From positions 1,320 to 65,319 of IMG/VR virus record IMGVR_UViG_3300023180_000051: a stretch of 64,000 nucleotides of DNA; one strand, given 5' to 3'. The translations under genes and the position numbers were made by a program. This document shows, in pieces, positions 60,615 through 64,000 of the stretch; position 1 is the stretch's first letter; every line of letters begins with the position of its first letter. Origin of the DNA: a virus. Taxonomy: Duplodnaviria > Caudoviricetes. The notes under the pieces were generated by a model. It did no database searches. It saw only the letters and a list, made by a program, of their open reading frames with translations, and had not been told where the DNA came from.

Positions 60615-60643
60615 AGTATACCACAAAAACTAATCTTTGACAA
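60615..60643 (-). promoter_or_regulatory. Sigma70-type promoter TTGTCA-N17-TATACT with extended -10 TG
   Basis: Minus strand TTGTCA AAGATTAGTTTTTGTGG TATACT, about 23 nt upstream of the 48-aa ORF. Confidence 0.7.
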
Positions 60644-60950
60644 TCACAGTAGTCGCTGCTGGACCTGCGATAAATGCTCCAGTTGTCTTTGCTCCCACAG
60701 GTGCCAGGAGTCTGCCCTCGCAAATCACAGTAGGATATGCACCTTCAATAACAATATCAACATCACATACAGGTGGTACTGTGCCAGGTATACAATGAAT
60801 ATCAGATGTGTCTCCTACTCGATGCACAGGAAGACCATTCATATACACAGTAGCGGAATGACCTACTCCAGGTGTATTGTAAAATGGTGGTAAGAATGGG
60901 AAGTGGGTTGGGTAAGGTACTGGTACATGTAAAGCGACGGGTTTAGCCAT
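60630..60950 (-). CDS. gp5.4: PAAR-like spike tip protein
   Basis: ATVYMNGLPVHRVGD...H, TVICEGRLLAPVG and ..TTVIV repeats; His/Cys candidate metal ligands; usual position near gp25. Confidence 0.75.
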   Translation of the reverse strand: MAKPVALHVPVPYPTHFPFLPPFYNTPGVGHSATVYMNGLPVHRVGDTSDIHCIPGTVPPVCDVDIVIEGAYPTVICEGRLLAPVGAKTTGAFIAGPAATTVIVKD

Positions 60951-62292
60951 TTTCTTGAACAGATGCTGATTTATTGATGTAAGTATTTAATATATCTCCC
61001 AAGTATATTGGATTATACCTTACTGGCATATAGAAATACCAAATATTTGAAAGTAATTCTGAACTATATTGTTCTAGTCCCAAATCAAGAAGATTCTCAA
61101 GTTCTTCCTCTTCTTCAAATCCATACTCTAATTCATCATCAGGTATAATAATTGTCTGACATGCTACTTTGAATGTTATAACAATTGTATCTAACTCTGA
61201 TACTCTTGTATCATATATCAAACCTGCTTCATATTCTGTATATGGTTGACCTTCTGCATCTAATGCTGGTGAATTACTAGTAAATTCATCCCATATAGGA
61301 CAAAAGGAATCTCCACCTTCTGATATCTTCAAATAATCCTTAAATGAATATGCATCTGGTTTATAGAGTTTGCCATTACGTTCTAATAACTTCCATCCAT
61401 ACACAGCATCTGGTCTACCATCACTTGTCTCCAATGCAGGTTGACCTTGATCTGGTACAATATCTAAACCTTTCTTTACCCATACACCATCACTTCTGAC
61501 TCTAAAAATCTCAGCATACCGATCTGCATCATATCCATTCTGTAATAGATCAATCTCTTCTTCTGGTGTTGTTGCATTCGCAAAGTAATAATTCCTTGCT
61601 ACTGTATCATATTGTACTTGACCAAACTTCGTTCCATTGATTATAATCATCTCATGATCATAAAATGAAAAATCTGTTATCTTTCCACTGACTTGACATA
61701 ATCCTAACATACCATTGAGAACAAATGGACTTGCTAAAAGGTCTGGTAAGTATTGACTTGAATTGTTCTCTATTACAATTCCAGGATCCATTGTATCGGC
61801 TTCTTTAGGATCGTCATATAACCCAACTGGTGTACTGCCTTCATACAATTCATTATAATATGAACTACTATACTTCTTATAATATAAGTTCCTCCTCTCA
61901 GTATGAAATGCATCATCTGGAACAGGTCCTAAGATTGCTTGCACACTCTGATCATCTACAAAAAATGATCCCCTATCCCATACATTGATATGAGTTACCT
62001 CTACTTGCATATCAATGATCTTCTCCCTTCCACCAAATGTACCACCTCCTATCATCCAGATATCAGTGCCTCCCATCTCCTCCCATTGCATCCAGGGAGG
62101 TGTATCCGTAGTTAGCGAAGGTGAATAGATATCTAACTCATCCGCAGTGTTCTTCGGATAAAATCTCCCGTAATAATTTGGTACGTCTGGGTTTTCTCGT
62201 AATAATTTTGCAACAGCAGATCCATCTGCTGGTGGAATAAATCCAATCCCTCCTACCGTATTTGCAAATATATTAAGTACTGGTACTGGCAT
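60943..62292 (-). CDS. Hypothetical acidic protein (449 aa)
   Basis: Long ORF overlapping both neighbours by a few nt; no recognised domain. Confidence 0.7.
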   Translation of the reverse strand: MPVPVLNIFANTVGGIGFIPPADGSAVAKLLRENPDVPNYYGRFYPKNTADELDIYSPSLTTDTPPWMQWEEMGGTDIWMIGGGTFGGREKIIDMQVEVTHINVWDRGSFFVDDQSVQAILGPVPDDAFHTERRNLYYKKYSSSYYNELYEGSTPVGLYDDPKEADTMDPGIVIENNSSQYLPDLLASPFVLNGMLGLCQVSGKITDFSFYDHEMIIINGTKFGQVQYDTVARNYYFANATTPEEEIDLLQNGYDADRYAEIFRVRSDGVWVKKGLDIVPDQGQPALETSDGRPDAVYGWKLLERNGKLYKPDAYSFKDYLKISEGGDSFCPIWDEFTSNSPALDAEGQPYTEYEAGLIYDTRVSELDTIVITFKVACQTIIIPDDELEYGFEEEEELENLLDLGLEQYSSELLSNIWYFYMPVRYNPIYLGDILNTYINKSASVQENG

Positions 62293-62491
62293 TACGTAAT
62301 TCTTCTACATTATTGTGCAAATAATCTAGAGTGTCTGACAATGTTTCGTAATCCCTCCCTGTTGGGCGTCTATACGCAATCGTCGGTCTCTCCAACTGAG
62401 ATACCCTCAACTCCAGACTCTCCAATCTCTGTAACAGCACTAGGAGTTTCTCCTCCAAGTTTTGCTGTGGCTGCTCTGACGACTTCTCCAT
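62273..62491 (-). CDS. Small coiled-coil hypothetical protein
   Basis: 72 aa LE.RVSQLERP...YRRP...YETLSDTLDYLHN; SD GAGGAG upstream. Confidence 0.75.
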   Translation of the reverse strand: MEKSSEQPQQNLEEKLLVLLQRLESLELRVSQLERPTIAYRRPTGRDYETLSDTLDYLHNNVEELRNASTST

Positions 62492-62603
62492 TATTTGTAT
62501 CTCCTCTCATGAATGACTCTGCGGCGCGACTTTCAAACTCGTCGCAGAATTTATCAAAGTTTTCTAATATACCCGTAAAGTTTTCAAAAAGGTTTTCGCT
62601 CAT
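62370..62603 (-). CDS. Small acidic hypothetical protein overlapping the downstream gene
   Basis: 77 aa NFDKFCDEFESRAAE; first gene after the late promoter at 62661. Confidence 0.6.
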   Translation of the reverse strand: MSENLFENFTGILENFDKFCDEFESRAAESFMRGDTNNGEVVRAATAKLGGETPSAVTEIGESGVEGISVGETDDCV

Positions 62604-62660
62604 TTTTTTGCTGGGAAAATTTTTTCTATTTCAAGGTTTTGAAAAATCAATTTTCAAATA

Positions 62661-62668
62661 TATTTATC
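62661..62668 (-). promoter_or_regulatory. T4-type late promoter (GATAAATA) opening the structural module
   Basis: NATAAATA in the intergenic gap downstream of the early-region terminator. Confidence 0.65.
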
Positions 62669-62736
62669 GGTCGTCTGGATACTTTTGTAGGTTAGGGAAG
62701 GGGTAGGAGTCCCAAACCCGCTTGGCGACCCTAATT

Positions 62737-62768
62737 AACAAATAAGGGGGACAAATCACTGTCCCCCC
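62737..62768 (-). terminator. Rho-independent terminator ending the early gene cluster
   Basis: Minus strand GGGGGAC-AGTGATTT-GTCCCCC followed by TTATTTGTT, just downstream of the HicA-like stop. Confidence 0.8.
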
Positions 62769-62781
62769 GTATACCTTACTG

Positions 62782-62958
62782 TCAGGCGCTAAGTGTAACT
62801 AATCGCCTCGCAATGTGTCGTGCTGTGTGTTCCTTTGGTCTGTAGGGAATAGTCATCACATTGCCTGATTTATGCACCCATTTCTCATGCTTACTGCCAT
62901 TGCGTTCTTTAATCCAACCGTTGGCAAGTGCAAGGCGTTTGAGTTGTTTGTCAGTCAT
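62782..62958 (-). CDS. hicA: HicA-like (dsRBD-fold) mRNA interferase, 58 aa, not in ORF track
   Basis: MTDKQLKRLALANGWIKERNGSKHEKWVHKSGNVMTIPYRPKEHTARHIARRLVTLSA matches the HicA layout: helix, GW..R.GS.H..(W/F).H, TIP, helix. Confidence 0.7.
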   Translation of the reverse strand: MTDKQLKRLALANGWIKERNGSKHEKWVHKSGNVMTIPYRPKEHTARHIARRLVTLSA

Positions 62959-62979
62959 GGTGTTGATGTAAAGAATGGG

Positions 62980-63240
62980 TCAAAGATCTGCCATCATTTC
63001 ATTCATCTCATCGGCATCAATGTTCACGTTGTCCCACTCAACACCGTCGCCAGTTTGACCGATGAAACGACCAATCTGCCCCTCCATCATGCAGCGTTGG
63101 AACTTATCCCATGGGGTCTCATCTTCAGAGCAGAACTCTACACATGCCTTGGCAGTGTTGTAGAGAAACTCATCATTACCAATCCACAGGGCAGCATTCC
63201 AGGTCTCGAAGTTTGCCCAACCGTTGTAGTTGCTGATCAT
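62980..63240 (-). CDS. Early hypothetical protein (YNGWxNxETWN family)
   Basis: 86 aa NYNGWANFETWNAALWIGNDE.LY...T.DGV.W. Confidence 0.8.
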   Translation of the reverse strand: MISNYNGWANFETWNAALWIGNDEFLYNTAKACVEFCSEDETPWDKFQRCMMEGQIGRFIGQTGDGVEWDNVNIDADEMNEMMADL

Positions 63241-63269
63241 GGTGTTGTGTGTGTTTGTTTGTTGTGTGT

Positions 63270-63328
63270 ATCCTAGTCGGTCTGCCGCTCAGTGGCGGTC
63301 GCTGATGTGCCAGGTTGTGGATTGGCAC
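63270..63328 (-). promoter_or_regulatory. Putative phage early promoter: GTGCCA-N10-TGGCAC palindrome, 31 nt, then -10 TAGGAT
   Basis: Same geometry recurs at 63466-63523. Confidence 0.6.
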
Positions 63329-63459
63329 TCAGGGGCAGGGAAGGGGAAAGGGCGACCCTCAGCGAACGCCTTACGGTTGGCGGCAGACCGTGCCATCATG
63401 GCGTTGTGCTGACGGGTGTAGTCAGCGAGGATGGCGGCGAGGTCAGGTGTTTTGTTCAT
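63289..63459 (-). CDS. Early hypothetical protein (56 aa), not in ORF track
   Basis: MNKTPDLAAILADYTRQHNAMMARSAANRKAFAEGRPFPFPAPECQSTTWHISDRH, directly downstream of a TATAAT box. Confidence 0.65.
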   Translation of the reverse strand: MNKTPDLAAILADYTRQHNAMMARSAANRKAFAEGRPFPFPAPECQSTTWHISDRH

Positions 63460-63465
63460 GATGAC

Positions 63466-63523
63466 ATTATAAGCACGCCCAGAGCGCGTTTGGCGAGTTG
63501 GTAGACCAGTTTGGGAAGTGGAC
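63466..63523 (-). promoter_or_regulatory. Putative phage early promoter: GTCCA-N10-TGGTCT, 31 nt, then -10 TATAAT
   Basis: Consensus Pribnow box with the same spacing to the near-palindrome as at 63270-63328. Confidence 0.6.
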
Positions 63524-63602
63524 TGCCTGTGCTGTAATTCTCGTGATGAGGGAAGGTCCTAGCGCCCATAACGTGGTAGTGTGGTTGTACTAGTTGAGCC
63601 GC

Positions 63603-63632
63603 GATTCTCAATAAGAAAGTCTATTGAGAATC
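63603..63632. repeat. Perfect 11-bp inverted repeat GATTCTCAATA-N8-TATTGAGAATC
   Basis: Read directly in intergenic sequence. Confidence 0.85.
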
Positions 63633-63653
63633 AGTGATTGCCGCGGCCGAGTG

Positions 63654-63857
63654 TTACTTAGCGTCAGGGATTAGGTCGATCAAAGTATCCTCATCATACA
63701 GATCTTTGATCTCTTCAATCATCTCATCCTCACTCATCTTTTCATACTCATCCATTAACAAATCATGCGCCAATTGCACCAGAGAGTCCATATCCATGCC
63801 ATCGATAATGTGGTTGACATAGTTCTCTTTGAGTTCGAAAAGTTCGAAGCAGTTCAT
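63654..63857 (-). CDS. Early acidic hypothetical protein
   Basis: 67 aa LKENY..HIIDGMDMDSL....D.L...Y......EI...YDE..L. Confidence 0.75.
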   Translation of the reverse strand: MNCFELFELKENYVNHIIDGMDMDSLVQLAHDLLMDEYEKMSEDEMIEEIKDLYDEDTLIDLIPDAK

Positions 63858-63896
63858 GATAACAATGCAGTGGTGAATGTGTGGACTAAGTTATGC

Positions 63897-64000
63897 TCAG
63901 GAGAGCAACAGTTGATGAGACAGAGCACCCATCTTCATACCGTTACGAAACTCAGTGACAAAGAATTCAGTGCCATTGTACAAACGAACGAACCACTGAT
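63897..64000 (-). CDS. 3' end of a hypothetical early gene (runs off window)
   Basis: Open frame ...QWFVRLYNGTEFFVTEFRNGMKMGALSHQLLLS-stop. Confidence 0.55.
   Translation of the reverse strand, partial: QWFVRLYNGTEFFVTEFRNGMKMGALSHQLLLS

Noticed and set aside
63241-63269. GT-rich microsatellite-like tract as a repeat or CRISPR element
   Set aside because: It is irregular and short, and better explained as a C/A-rich 5' leader on the minus strand.
62341-63822. Plus-strand ORFs 62341-62706, 62872-63276, 63230-63412, 63292-63504 and 63634-63822
   Set aside because: They are antisense to a coherent set of minus-strand genes with promoters and a terminator.

Overview
The window is part of a T4-like myovirus genome, most consistent with a large T4-like cyanophage (Kyanoviridae-like). 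Essentially all genes lie on the minus strand. In transcription order (right to left) there is first a GC-richer cluster of tiny early-type genes (about 62.78-64 kb) with an unannotated HicA-like toxin ORF and palindrome-plus-Pribnow promoters, ending at a terminator. The late virion module follows: PAAR-like spike tip, gp25, gp6, a 3914-aa gp7, gp8, a VrlC-like protein, giant mosaic virion proteins (593, 2305 and 4038 aa), a dense cluster of fibre, adaptor and receptor-binding genes (1.85-14.4 kb), and neck genes gp13, gp14 and the start of gp15. Several T4-type late promoters (NATAAATA/CTAAATA) are visible, two of them inside hairpins that bury the next gene's Shine-Dalgarno. The most intriguing pattern is an apparent C-terminal-tag/N-terminal-catcher code linking successive fibre genes, together with a ~50-aa module shared by three otherwise dissimilar giant virion proteins. 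No tRNA, rRNA, CRISPR array, reverse transcriptase, intein or transposase was recognised. All family calls come from motif recognition by eye, without database searches.
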